Shown piece after piece: positions 38,734-51,153 of a DNA stretch of 64,000 nucleotides (positions are counted from its first letter, which is position 1; each line of letters opens with the position of its first letter). Source of the DNA: Octopus vulgaris (taxonomy: Eukaryota). Position numbers and translations under genes: made by a program. The notes under the pieces were generated by a model that saw only the letters and a program-made list of their open reading frames with translations, searched no databases and was not told where the DNA came from. The DNA lies in contig OX597843.1 of assembly GCA_951406725.2 (NCBI GenBank), positions 3,162,001 through 3,226,000 of the forward strand, in the 5' to 3' direction.

Positions 38734-40090
38734 GGTACTTGTCAATTGTCGTGGTCCCAGTTTTGCACACGCGAATTCGCGCGCGCGCCAGACGTAGGTA
38801 CTCGATACTCGAGATCCTACGAGGTGACTTGCGCATGCGCAGTGCAGAATTCGCGCGTGCGCGTTAAACCCCCCCCCTAAAAAAAAAAAGGTGTTGGATT
38901 TCACTAAAAATATATGTGTGTGTGTGTGTATATATAACATTTTCAATTTTACACAAAAAAATTACATAGTCGCTTTCCTCGCGGATTTACAGAGAAATGA
39001 ATTAATTACTATTTTACAGAATAAAATTAATGAATTAATTATATAAATTAAATAATTCTTGAAAATTAATTAAAATTAATAATATTTTTTGAACAAAGTA
39101 AATAATTTATAAAACTTGGTTAATAATTTTTTTTACACAAACGCGAACGTATATAATTTGTGAAACTTTTTTTTTTTTACAGACGTATATAATTTGGTAA
39201 ACTTAATGAATTAATTTCTTCTCATCATCATCATCGTTTAACGTCCGTTCTCCATGCCAGCATGGGTTGGACGGTTCGACCGGGGATCTGGGAAGCCAGA
39301 AGGCTGCACCAGACTCCAGTCTTATCTGGCAATGTTTCTACAGCTGGATGCCCTTCCTAACGCCAACCACTCCGAGAGTGTAGTGGGTGCTTTTTACATG
39401 CCACCCGCACAGGTGCCAGGCGAGGCTGGCAACGGCCACGGTCGGATTGGTGCCAGTCGAGGCGGCTCTGGCATCGGCCACGATTCGGATAGTGCTTTTT
39501 ACGTACCACCAGTCCAGGGGTCCTGGCATTTGCCGGGTGCCACACTTGCCCCAACATGTCTTCGCAAGCAAAGGGGGTTGGCATGGGTGCCTGTCGTGGG
39601 ATGAGGTTCGATATCAACTTCGCTTGCCTCAACAGGTCTTTGTGTATAAATGTATAAATTTTTCGCACTAAATTCTTTCCGTAGAATTTATAAAAAAACG
39701 CGCAAAATTATTCCGTAGACTTTATCAAATTAAAAAACGCAAAATTAATATATTTTTTGAAATTGCAAATTATTTAGAATATAAAACAAATTAAGTTAAA
39801 TTTTAAAAATAAATGTCATATACTTATACTCTGTAAGGTGCTGTGTTCACACTTCAATTTACTATTTTCTAGAAATGTTGCTTTTCTAATTGAAACAATT
39901 TTTCTCAATCTCCATTTAAAAGTCCATAATGCCTCTTGAGCCATATCAAAATGAACAACTTTGAATTACCCGGTGGTGGTGCTGTGAGGTTCTAATTTTT
40001 TTTCTGATCTCTCTTGCCCCCCCTAGATGGAGGTGTGGTGGGGAGACAGATGAAAGATGTTTCATTCTCTACTATATATGTATATATATA

Positions 40091-40134
<44 letters not shown>

Positions 40135-40371
40135 TTAAACCTACACGATATAGTCTATAAATTTGGGATGTTTTTGAAAGATAATATATTTTGTCATCAG
40201 AATATATATACTTTCTCACACTACAATTAAGATATATTTATTTTAAATCGTTCATCTTTTCCCGCGACAACAAAAATTGGGCGCGAAAATTTTTCTAAAT
40301 ATTAGCTGAATGAACAACTGAGATAAAGAGAGATCAGAAAAAAACCGGGACCACGACAATTGACAAGTACC
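38734..40371. mobile_element. Non-autonomous Mutator/MULE-like DNA transposon (with nested SINE ~39222-39640)
   Basis: TIR ggtacttgtcaattgtcgtggtccc / gggaccacgacaattgacaagtacc; 9-bp TSD tatatatgc; single tatatatgc at this site in the other units. Confidence 0.85.
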
Positions 40372-40497
40372 TATATATGCATACATATTGATATTACTAA
40401 CTTCACTGCACACCCACACATTCAACTCCATAATAACAACAACAGATCCTAAAGATGGTACCAGTGAAATAATAGTTTAACCATAGAGAGGCCTTAC

Positions 40498-41309
40498 CTG
40501 TCGACCGAGGCGGGACGAGCGATCGCTGCCCTTAAATTGAAGAAAAACAGAGTCCTGCCACCCTTGCCGTCTCTCATTGAATTGCGCCAACCTGCTTTCT
40601 ATCCGCGCATGCGCCCTTGTCTCTTTCACCGGGGCCTGCAGTCTTCACTTCCGTTTACCTCGATATGCAATCCCCCCCGTGACCATCACCCCAGAGCTCA
40701 TTAAAACATAACGCCCACACATACGATTTTAGAAGACCGAACTTTGTGCGCGCGAGTTCGAGGAGCTTTACGATGGTACTACTCGAGAACAGTGGTCCCG
40801 GTGCGCGCACTCGCGTAAGCTAGCCGTGACTGGTCGATCCTACGACGACATACCTAGCAAAGTAAATAACACAAAAACACAATGTAAGGATCGACTAGTC
40901 ATGACTAGCTGGCTAGACACAAACATTGTGTTTTTGTGTTATTTACTTTGCAAGGTAGGTCGTCGTAGGATCGACTAGTCATGACTAGCTTACGCGAGTG
41001 CGCGCACCGGGACCACTGTTCTCGATTAGTACCATCGTAAAGCTCCTCAAACTCGCGCGCACAAAGTTCGGTCTTCTAAAATCGTATGTGTGGGCGTTAT
41101 GGGTTTTAATGACCTCTGGGGTGATGGTCACGGGGATTGCATAGTGAGGTAAACGGAAGTGAAGACTGCAGGCCCCGGTGAAAGGGCTACGGGCGCATGC
41201 GCGGACAGAAAGCGCGTCAGCGCAATTCAATGAGAGACGGCAAGTGTGGCAGGACTCTGTTTTTCTTCAATTTAAGGGCAGCGATCGCTCGTCCCGCCTC
41301 GGTCGACAG
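40498..41309. promoter_or_regulatory. Head-to-head promoters and first exons of ZNF3 (-) and ZNF4 (+)
   Basis: Donors at 40498(-) and 41309(+); GCGCATGCGC at 40605 and 41193; MITE 40775-41033 lies between them. Confidence 0.75.
40775..41033. mobile_element. Palindromic MITE at the inversion centre
   Basis: ggtactactcgagaacagtggtcccggtgcgcgc ... gcgcgcaccgggaccactgttctcgattagtacc. Confidence 0.8.
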
Positions 41310-41394
41310 GTAAGGCCTCTCTATGGTTAAACTATTATTTCACTGGCGATCTTACGGTATAAGTACCGGATACATTAAAAAAAGTGGGGTTTTT

Positions 41395-41948
41395 GGCGAA
41401 GTTTCGCATGTCGTAGCATAGATTTCCGTCGATTTCCGTAAAAAACTTTTATTTTTTTACATAAGTAATGAGAGCGAAAGAGACTAAGAGAAAGCGATTG
41501 TATGACGAGGGAAGTTCTTTTGAAGTTACCGTGCATGGCAAGCATTGATGTACATGTGTGTGTGTGTGTGTGTTTGATGGGGTGTGGGTAGACAGACAGG
41601 GGGTTGTGTAAGTGAAGTGCTTCTGTTAGTGTGTGTGTGAAGAGAGAGAGTAATGTGTGAAAGAGAGAGATAACTGATTTTTTACTCGGTGTATGTGTAT
41701 ATGTATGTATGCATGTATGTGTGTGTGTGTATGTATCTATGTATGTGTGTGTATGTATGTATGTATGGCCGATTCATCGTAATTTTTTACTCGGTGTATG
41801 TGTATATGTATGTCTGCATGTATGTGTGTGTGTGTATGTTATGCATCTATGTATGTGTGTATGTATGTATGGTCGATTCAGTGTAATTTTTTACTCGGTG
41901 TATGTGTATATGTATGTCTGCATGTATGTGTGTGTGTGTATGTATCTA

Positions 41949-41979
<31 letters not shown>

Positions 41980-42289
41980 GTGTGTGTATGTATCTATGTA
42001 TGTGTGTGTGTGTATGTATGTATGGCCGATTCATAGTAATTTTTTACTCGGTGTATGTGTATATGTATGTCTGTCTCTTCACACACACTAACAGAAGCAC
42101 TTCACTTACACAACCCCCTGTCTGTCTCCCACACCCCATCAAACACACACAGGCCGACTTCAAAGTGAAACTTCCTCGTCATAAAATCGCTTCCTCTTAG
42201 TCTCTTTCGCTCTCATTACTTATGTAAAAAAATAAAAGTTTTTTACGGAAATCGACGGAAATCTGTGCTACTACAACCGAAACTATGCC
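41395..42289. mobile_element. Long-TIR (foldback/MULE-like) element nested in the intron-1 MITE of ZNF4
   Basis: Inverted arms of roughly 200 bp or more, from ggcgaagtttcg to cgaaactatgcc; TSD gggttttt; internal (TG/TA) repeats; absent from the other units. Confidence 0.8.
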
Positions 42290-43477
42290 GGGTTTTTTTA
42301 TATATGGGGGGTTAGGGATAGGGTTTGTGTTAGGGGTGGGAGAAAAGGGTTTCTCTTATCTTCAGGAATGTAAGCTCACGTCTGTACATGTACCGAAGGA
42401 TTGCCACATACCCTAACCCCCCCCATATATATAAAAGAGACCCTTTTTTGAAACGTATCCCGTACTTGCGGAAGTACAGCGGTACTTATACCTATTTCTT
42501 TACTACCAACAAGGGGCTAAACACAGAGGGGACAAACAAGGACAGACAAAGGGATTAAGTCGATTACATGGGCCCCAGTGCGTAACTGGTACTTAATTTA
42601 TCGACCCCGAAAGGATGAAATGCAAAGTCGACCTCGGCGGAATTTGAACTCAGAACGTAACGGCAGACGAAATACCGTTAAGTATTTCGGTACTTATACC
42701 GTAAGATCGCCCACTTCCGGAAGTACACGATCGCCATTTCACTTCGATAGTGTTGGTTAATGGGTCAAACTAACGCCTTTGACCCGGGCACAAAAAACAA
42801 AAAAGGAAAAAAAAGGGTCCATGGCCTTTAAACTATAAGTGTTTGACCCGGGCCAGAAAAAAATGGACAAAATAGTGTAATAGGTGTAAAACTACTTATT
42901 CTAAACGATTATGAAAAACATACACACACACACAGAAAGAGAAATGGTTGGTTGAAGGCAAGTGTGCATTGAACTGAATTTCAATAAGCAAGAAAGATAT
43001 TATCAAAGAAAAGGCCATGATACCATCTTTAGGATCTGTTGTTGTTGTTGTTATTATGGGGTTGAATGTGTGGGTGTGCAGTGAAGTTACTAATATCAAT
43101 ATGTATGCATATATATATATATATACATACATACATATATATGTATGTATGTGTATATATGTATAAATACATATATATATATAAATACATATATATGTAT
43201 GTATGTATATATATATGTATGTATATATATATAAATATACATATATATGTATGTATATATATATATATATAAATGTATATATATATAAATACATATATAT
43301 ATATAAATGCATATATATATATAAATACATACATATATTTATATATATATATACATATATAATTATATATATATATATATATATACACATACATGCATGT
43401 ATATATGTACATACATATATATATATATATACACACACACACATATATACATATATATATATGTACACATACATACA

Positions 43478-43521
<44 letters not shown>

Positions 43522-43526
43522 TACAA

Positions 43527-43978
43527 TCAACAATTGAGGGTAAAATTAATTAATTAATCAATTTCACCAAGTGTTCAGTATGTAAAAGGACCATTTAAGG
43601 CGAATTCAAAATATTACATTATATAATTAGGGCTTAGTAAAATAAATTACTTTGCCACATACTGAACTTAGTAGAAATAGCAGCCAAAAAAATTTTTTTA
43701 GCTATTTCTACTACTTAAAGAAGAAATTTTGAGCTGACGAAAGAAATGCTGATTTTATTTGGCTAATCTTGAAACGTTGACGTACTCAAACGATCTATGT
43801 ACTTGTGATATTTTTCTGTATTTACCTCCATACCTTCGTGAGCTGTCTGGAGTAAACATTATCTGAGAGAAATTTTTTTAAGTAGTAGAAATAGCTAAAA
43901 AAATTTTTTTGGCTGCTATTTCTACTAAGTTCAGTATGTGGCAAAGTAATTTATTTTACTAAGCCCTAATTATATAAT
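43527..43978. mobile_element. Penelope-like fold-back fragment
   Basis: ~100-bp inverted arms 43618-43719 / 43877-43978 enclose a hammerhead; start resembles the 38000 element. Confidence 0.6.
43728..43790 (+). ncRNA. Type I hammerhead ribozyme motif
   Basis: tttgag-CTGACGA-aaga..tctt-GAA-acg ttga cgt-A-ctcaaa: intact core, 6-bp stem I, 4-bp base of stem II, 3-bp stem III, GUA site at 43784. Confidence 0.7.
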
Positions 43979-44032
43979 ATATACATATACATATATAATT
44001 ATTTATATATATACATACATGCATCTATATAT

Positions 44033-44081
<49 letters not shown>

Positions 44082-46253
44082 TATATATTTATATATATAT
44101 ATATATATATACATACATGCATGTATAGACATACATATATATATATATATCATCATCATCATTTAACGTCCGCTTTCCATGCTAGCATGGGTTGGACGGT
44201 TCAACTGGGGTTTGGGGAGCCCGAAAGCTGCACCAGTCCAGATCTGGCAGTGTTTCTACAGCTGGATGCCCTTCCTAACGCCAACCACTCCGAGAGTGTG
44301 GTGGGTGATTTTATGTGCCACCGACACAGGTGCCAGACGAGGCTGGCAAACGGCCACGCTCGGATGGTGTTTTTTTATGTGCCACCGACACAGATGGTGT
44401 TTTTTATGTGCCACCAACACAGGTGCCAGACGAGGCTGGCAGACGGCCACGCTCGGATGGTGTTTTTCTGTGCCACCGACACAGGTGCCAGATGAGGCTG
44501 GCAAACGGCCACGATCGGATGGTGTTTGTTACGTGCCCACAGCACGGAGGCCAGTCGATGCGGTACTGGCTACGGCCACGTTCGGATATATGTATAAATA
44601 CATATATATATATATATATATACTAGCAGTATAACCCAGTTTTGCCCGGCATTAAGTTAGGATTATTAAGCTAAAGAAGTTCTTTATTTCAAACCAAACA
44701 GAATATATTCCTTGCCACCGGTACAACACTCTCCGACAAACCGCCACCAACCAGCTCGAGAAATTCCGTTCGTCTCGTCAAAAGCCAGCACGCCAAACTG
44801 ACCGACGCATGCGCGGGAAGCAAGCTTCTTACCCTGTAACCATGCCTGCACCTGTGGTAGGATTCTTCAGAAATTCTACAGGTTTGGCTGTGTGGTAAGT
44901 AGCTTGCTAACCAACCACACGGTTCCGGGTTCAGTCCCACTGCGTGGCATCTTGGGCAAGTGTCTTCTGCTATAGCCTCAGGCCGACCAATGCCTTTTGA
45001 GTGGATCTGGTAGACGGAAACTGAAAGAAGCCTGTCGTATATATGTATATATATATATATGCGTGTGTGTATTTGTCCTCCTAGCATTGCTTGACAACCG
45101 ATGCTGGTGTGTTTACGTGCCCGTCACTTAGCGGTTCGACAAATAAGACCGATAGAATAAGTACTGGGCTTACAAAGAATAAGTCCCGAGGTCGATTTGC
45201 TCGACTAAAGGTGGTGCTCCAGCATGGCCGCAGTCAAGTGACTGAAACAAGTCAGAGAGTAAAGAGTAAGAGTATCTAACCTTCCAGCAGCGTATAAACA
45301 GAACATCAGGACATCTATTTCTTTGGCTTCACTTAAATTTTACTTCCAGATTGATTCTAATATGAGACTGCCAAGGAATTTTCAATTTGTCAACTACTGT
45401 CAAATTTGTATTCTTCCTACCGCTCTATGTCACGCTGGTGAGACCCATATTGGAGTACGGGATTCAAGCCTCTTCTCCTTATCTCCTCAAAGACATACAG
45501 CATCTCTAAAGAGTCCAGAAGTTGGCTACCCACATGGTTCTTGGTGTCAAGAATTTGTCTTAGGAAGAAAGGCTGACGACGCTCGACCTTTATTCTCTAG
45601 AAAAACGACGATGCCGTGGTGATCTCATTCTTGCTCACAACATCATAAGCGGAAAGTGTAACCTCTCGACAAAGATGTTCTTCACTCCTGCTCTAGAGCG
45701 TCGGCTGCGGGGTCATTCCGAAAAGCTCTATCTGTGACGATTTCATCACAATCGAAGGAGAGGGGCTTCCTCCGTCCGGGTTGCAGATCCGTGGGATAAG
45801 CTGCCGGACGAGATGGTGAAGATGCCGACGACCGCTCAGTTCACACTCTCCCTTGACCACAAGTGGCCTGAACTCTTTACATGAACACCACCCTGTACAT
45901 AACTCCATGTCCCCTTACATGGCCTTGCTTTTTGCTTTTTTGAGCCAAAAAATTAACTAACTAACTAACCTTAAATTTCTATGTCTCCTCACTGATTGAC
46001 GCAGTTTCTCTGATATTTCAGATAACCAGAAGACATTGGCAGCAAAGAATACTTCAGTGGTCAGAATCGACGTTTGCCATCTTTCAAAGATTAAAGGAGA
46101 ACATCACAGGGAACAGATATCACACGGAATATGTAAACACATGGTGGAATTACTGTGGAATATTTCTTCCGAGTAAGACTGTTAGCGAAATATCTCTACT
46201 TCTTCACTGTCTGGAATGTTTTGAAGATGATATGGTATTCTAATTAAACTTGG

Positions 46254-46391
46254 ATGACAAAGGAGTTTGAGGCATCTTCAGATAACCGAAGATTCAGGAA
46301 ATATAAAGAGAATAAGTATTTGTTAATGAAAACAAAATTTCGTTCGGAAAAAGTAAAACATCTGAACATTGTGGTAAGAGGAAGAAAATGA
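46254..46391 (+). other. 45-codon upstream ORF whose TGA overlaps the ZNF4 start
   Basis: [45 protein letters not shown], ending in aaaATGATGg. Also 22291-22428(-), 29803-29940(-), 54094-54231, 61206-61343. Confidence 0.5.
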
Positions 46392-47848
46392 TGGAAAACG
46401 AATTCTGTGAAGGCGGCAGTGTTAAATGTGAATCAGACTTTGACAATAATGATTTTCTTGATGAGAAGCCAAAAGATGGAGGGCAAAAACCCTATTCTTG
46501 TGATATATGTAAAATGTCATTCTCTCAAAAAGGTAAACTCATTGTTCACAAACGTGTTCATACAGGAGAAAAGCCATATCGGTGTGATATCTGTGGTAAA
46601 TCATTCTCTCGAAGTGATCACTTAGCTAGACACAAACTCATTCATACAGGGGAAAAGCTATTTGAATGTGACATTTGTGGTGAATCATTTACTCAGAAAT
46701 ATATTCTAATTATACACAAACGTATTCATACTGGAGAGAAGCCATATCACTGTGAGATCTGTGGTAAATCATTCTCTCAAACGCATACCTTAACTATACA
46801 CAAACGTGTTCATACAGGAGAGAAGCCATATCACTGCGATATGTGTGGTAAATCATTCTCTGAACAAAAACATGTAACTAGACACAAACGTATTCATACA
46901 GGAGAGAAACCCTATCACTGTGAGATCTGTGGTCAATCATTCTCTGTGAACAGCAGCTTAAATTCACACAAACGTATTCATACAGGAGAGAAACCCTATC
47001 ACTGTGAGATCTGTGATAAATCATTCTCTGTGAGGAGTAGCTTAAATGCACACAAACGTGTTCATACAGGAGAGAAGCCATATCACTGCGATATCTGTGG
47101 TAAATCATTCTCTGAACAAAAACATGTAACTAGACACAAACGTATTCATACAGGAGAGAAACCCTATCACTGTGAGATCTGTGGTCAATCATTCTCTATG
47201 AACAGTAGCTTAAATTCACACAAACGTATTCATACAGGAGAGAAACCCTATCACTGTGAGATCTGTAATAAATCATTCTCTTTGAGCAGTAACTTAAATG
47301 CACACAAACGTATTCACACAGGAGAGAAGCCATATCAGTGTGATATCTGTGGTACATCATTCTCTCAAGGAAATAAACTATCTATACACAAATTCACACA
47401 CACAGGAGAGAAACCCTATCACTGTGAGATCTGTGGTAAATTATTTACTCAGAGAGGTACTCTAATTACACACAAACGTATTCATACGGGAGAGAAGCCA
47501 TATCGGTGTGATATCTGTGGTAAATCATTCTCTGATGGCAGTAGCTTAACTAGACACAAACCTGTTCATATAGGAGTGAGGACATTCCGCTGTGATATCT
47601 GTGGTAAATCATTCTCTCGAAATGATCACTTAGCTAATCACAAACGTGTTCATACAGGAGAAAAGCCATATCGTTGTGATATCTGTGGTAAATCATTCTC
47701 TCAAAGCAATCACTTGACTAGACACAAACTTGTTCATACAGGGGAGAAGCCATTTCACTGTGACATTTGTGGTGAATCATTTACTCGGAAAGATACTCTA
47801 ATTACACACAAACGTATTCATACGGGAGAGAAGCCATATCTGTGGTAA
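46388..47848 (+). CDS. C2H2 zinc-finger protein ZNF4, 486 aa, 16 fingers
   Basis: Acceptor tttcag|46022. An 11-nt deletion at ~47840 ends the frame; three further fingers follow out of frame to ~48066. Confidence 0.92.
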   Translation: MMENEFCEGGSVKCESDFDNNDFLDEKPKDGGQKPYSCDICKMSFSQKGKLIVHKRVHTGEKPYRCDICGKSFSRSDHLARHKLIHTGEKLFECDICGESFTQKYILIIHKRIHTGEKPYHCEICGKSFSQTHTLTIHKRVHTGEKPYHCDMCGKSFSEQKHVTRHKRIHTGEKPYHCEICGQSFSVNSSLNSHKRIHTGEKPYHCEICDKSFSVRSSLNAHKRVHTGEKPYHCDICGKSFSEQKHVTRHKRIHTGEKPYHCEICGQSFSMNSSLNSHKRIHTGEKPYHCEICNKSFSLSSNLNAHKRIHTGEKPYQCDICGTSFSQGNKLSIHKFTHTGEKPYHCEICGKLFTQRGTLITHKRIHTGEKPYRCDICGKSFSDGSSLTRHKPVHIGVRTFRCDICGKSFSRNDHLANHKRVHTGEKPYRCDICGKSFSQSNHLTRHKLVHTGEKPFHCDICGESFTRKDTLITHKRIHTGEKPYLW

Positions 47849-48286
47849 ATCATTCTCTGATGGCAGTAGCTTAACTAGACACAAACCTGTTCATATAGGA
47901 GAGAGGACATTCCACTGTGATATCTGTGGTAAATCATTCTCTCGAAGTGATCACTTAGCTAATCACATACGTGTTCATACAGGAGAGAAGCCATATCACT
48001 GTGAGATCTGTGGTAAATCATTTTCTATAAAAAATAACTTGGCTAGACACAAACTTACACATACGGAAGAAAAGCCATATCACTGTGATAAATCATTCTC
48101 TCAAAATAATCAGCTAACCAAACACAAATCCATTCTTGCGGGTAAAAAAATCTATAATACATCCTTCTTTCAAAATGGTAACTTAACTATACATATGTAA
48201 ACTTTTGCATGGTAGAAGCCATATCACTGTGATATCTGTGATAAATCATTCCCCAAAAAGACAATTCATTACAAAAGTAATGTGTT

Positions 48287-48797
48287 TGTAAAGGGAACTG
48301 ATTGCTTCTGTACACTTTTGGGGTGCAACCCAATTTCCTTTCTTTTTGTTTCTAGAAACTACCAGTCAGGAACGAAACGCAAGTTTAAAAATATATACAA
48401 TTCTTTATTCTCTTGGTTCAACAATGAAACACGATGGTATACTGGTATCCACCTAGTTCAACACAGCAAGGCTGAATTCTATCGTTTGTAAGCTTCTTAC
48501 AATAATTCTGCAGCAATAGAACAGGTGAAATCCTAAGCGTCTGGGACAGGGGAATTGGCTGATCACACGTTTAAAATACGTCCTTTCTCTTCTATCGCCG
48601 TGTCTCAAGTCCCCGACGCTATTAAGGAAAGCGATAGAATTTCTTCTTCAGTCTCTAGCGCATGTGCATGGGGGAACTTCCTTATGCCTTTCCAGAAGGT
48701 TCCAATCCCGCACACGCACACTGAAGAAGAACGTTCCGCACACGCACAGTGTAGAATGACGTTGCGTGTGCGCACACTGGAATATGACGTCACTACA
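48287..48797 (-). mobile_element. Solo LTR, paralogous copy behind ZNF4
   Basis: Reverse complement of 19118-19628; TSD TGTT. Confidence 0.8.
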
Positions 48798-50877
48798 TGT
48801 TCATACAAGTGAGTAATTGTATCTGTATCATAATTCTTTCCATGAAGGTAATATCTTCTATAAGATTATCTTAGAAATAATAAAACACAACACACGTCCT
48901 GTTTGTGTCGCTAGTAGAATAAGACTACCGCAACGAAAAAGAGAGAGTGCCTGATTAAATGCAGGTGAACTGTTGTAAAAAGTTTTGCTCTGACATTGCT
49001 GGTATTTTAATCCTAATAAAACTACACCTGAACGTGTATTTAGTTTATCACTTTCACACAAACAAATATATATAAAATAATGCCTTGATATGGGAGTTCC
49101 CAGAGTCTGCTTGTAAACCGGAAACTTGTAAAACAGAACAATAATCTTCCATAGGGGGCTGGCAACGGCCACGATTGGATTCGTGCATTTTATGTGCCAC
49201 CGGCACGGAAGCCAGTTGAGGCGGCACTGGCATCGGACACGATTCGGATGGTGCTTTTTACGTGCCACAGGCACAGAAGCCAGTTCAGGTGACGCTGGCA
49301 TCGGCCGCGATACGGATAGCGCTGTTAACGTACAACCATTCCAGGGGTCCTGGCAATTGGTTCCCAGAAAAATATTCTACCTGTAAAATTTATGATACTC
49401 ATAAATAAATGGCAATAAAACAACAGAAGAATGTAAAAAATATTTTTTGTAAAATAAAAAGAATGTCAAGATCATTTATAATAAAAATTATTATTATTAT
49501 TATTATGGTTTTCTGAATTACTTTCATTTTCACTGGACTTAAACACACCATCACTTGTAGACACAATCACCAATTCACAAGCACTCATGGACAGACCTGT
49601 AGATCTCTTTTTAAAAAACAAGTCTAGTGTTTTTGCCCTGCATAAACTTCTTGGTAATACGCAGAAGCATTTGTTATGGTAGTAGAAACTTTTGGAATTC
49701 ATTCAATGTATGGATCTTGTGCTTGAAAGATTTCAGCTCATCATAGAAAAGTGAGGTGAAAAAAAACTTGTAAACCCAGGGTCTCGTAGAGCAGGTTCTC
49801 ATAAGGTGAGGTATTACTCTTTTAGTCTTTTACTTGTTTCAGTCATTTGACTCCGGCCATGCTGGAGCACCGCTTTTAGTCGAGCAAATCGACCCCGGGA
49901 TTTATTCTTTGTAAGCCCAGTACTTATTCTATCGGTCTCTTTTGCCGAACCGCTAACTGATGGGGACGTAAACACACCAGCATCGGTTGTCAAACAGTGC
50001 TAGGGGGGCAAACACAAATGCATACATATATATATATATATATATATATAAATATAAATACATATATACGACGGGCTTCTTTCAGTTTCCGTCTACCAAA
50101 TCCACTCACAAGGCTTTGGTCGGCCCGGGGCTATAGCAGAAGACACTTGCCCAAGGTGCCACGCAGTGGGAGTGAACCCGGAACCATGTGGTTGGTTAGC
50201 ATACTACTTACCACAAAGCCACTCCTACGCCTATATATATATAAACATGTGTGTGTGTGTATGTTTGTCCCCCAACAACGCTCGACAACCGATGCTGGTG
50301 TGTTTACGTCCCCGTAACTTAGCGGTGTGGCAAAATACCCCGATAGAAAAAATACTGGGCTTACGAAGAATAAGTCCCGGGGTAGATTTGCTCAACTAAA
50401 TGGCGGTGCTCCAGCATGGCCGCAGTCAAATGTCTGAAACAAGTAGAAGAGTAGTATAACCGATACGGCATTCTGGTTTCCTGATATTTGCGATGCATAA
50501 ACTTCGATTCTGTTTTTCTTGTTGGAAATTGGCGGATTTTACATACACACCTGAAGCAGGTGAGAAGAAATAAGCAAGGTTTTTTTTTAAGATGAGACAT
50601 TGCTGGTATAATGTCGTTATATCTATACTCGAGAAACCCAGTGAAAAACATAGAAACAGAATGGAAGAGAACAAGCACACACACACACAGACAAGAACAA
50701 ACACACACACACACACGCACACAAGAACAAGCACACGCGCCAGCTAATCATGACTAGTCGATCCTTACATCGTGCTTTTGTGTTAGTTACTTTGCAAGGT
50801 AGGTCGTCGTAGGATCGACTAGTCACGGCTAGCTTATGCGAGTGCGCGCACCGGGGCCACTGTTCTCGAGTAGTACC

Positions 50878-51153
50878 ATCGTAAAGCTCGTCAAACTCGC
50901 GCGCACAAAGTTCGGTCTTCTCAAATCGTATGTGTGGGCGTTATGGGTTTTAATGAGCTCTGGGGTGATGGTCACGGGGATTGCATACTGAGGTAAACGG
51001 AAGTGAAGACTGCAGGCCCCGGCGAAAGAGCCACGAGCGCATGCGCGGACGGAAAGCACTTTGGCGCAATTCAATGAGAGACGGCAAGGGTGGCAGTACC
51101 CTGTCTTTCTTCAATTTAAGGGCAGCGATCGCTCGTCCCGCCTCGGTCGACAG
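50878..51153 (+). promoter_or_regulatory. Promoter and first exon of ZNF5
   Basis: GCGCATGCGC at 51037-51046; CAG|gtaag at 51153. Confidence 0.7.

Noticed and set aside
46407-46625. 72-aa alternate-frame ORF over each ZNF start
   Set aside because: GTG start; shadow frame of finger repeats.
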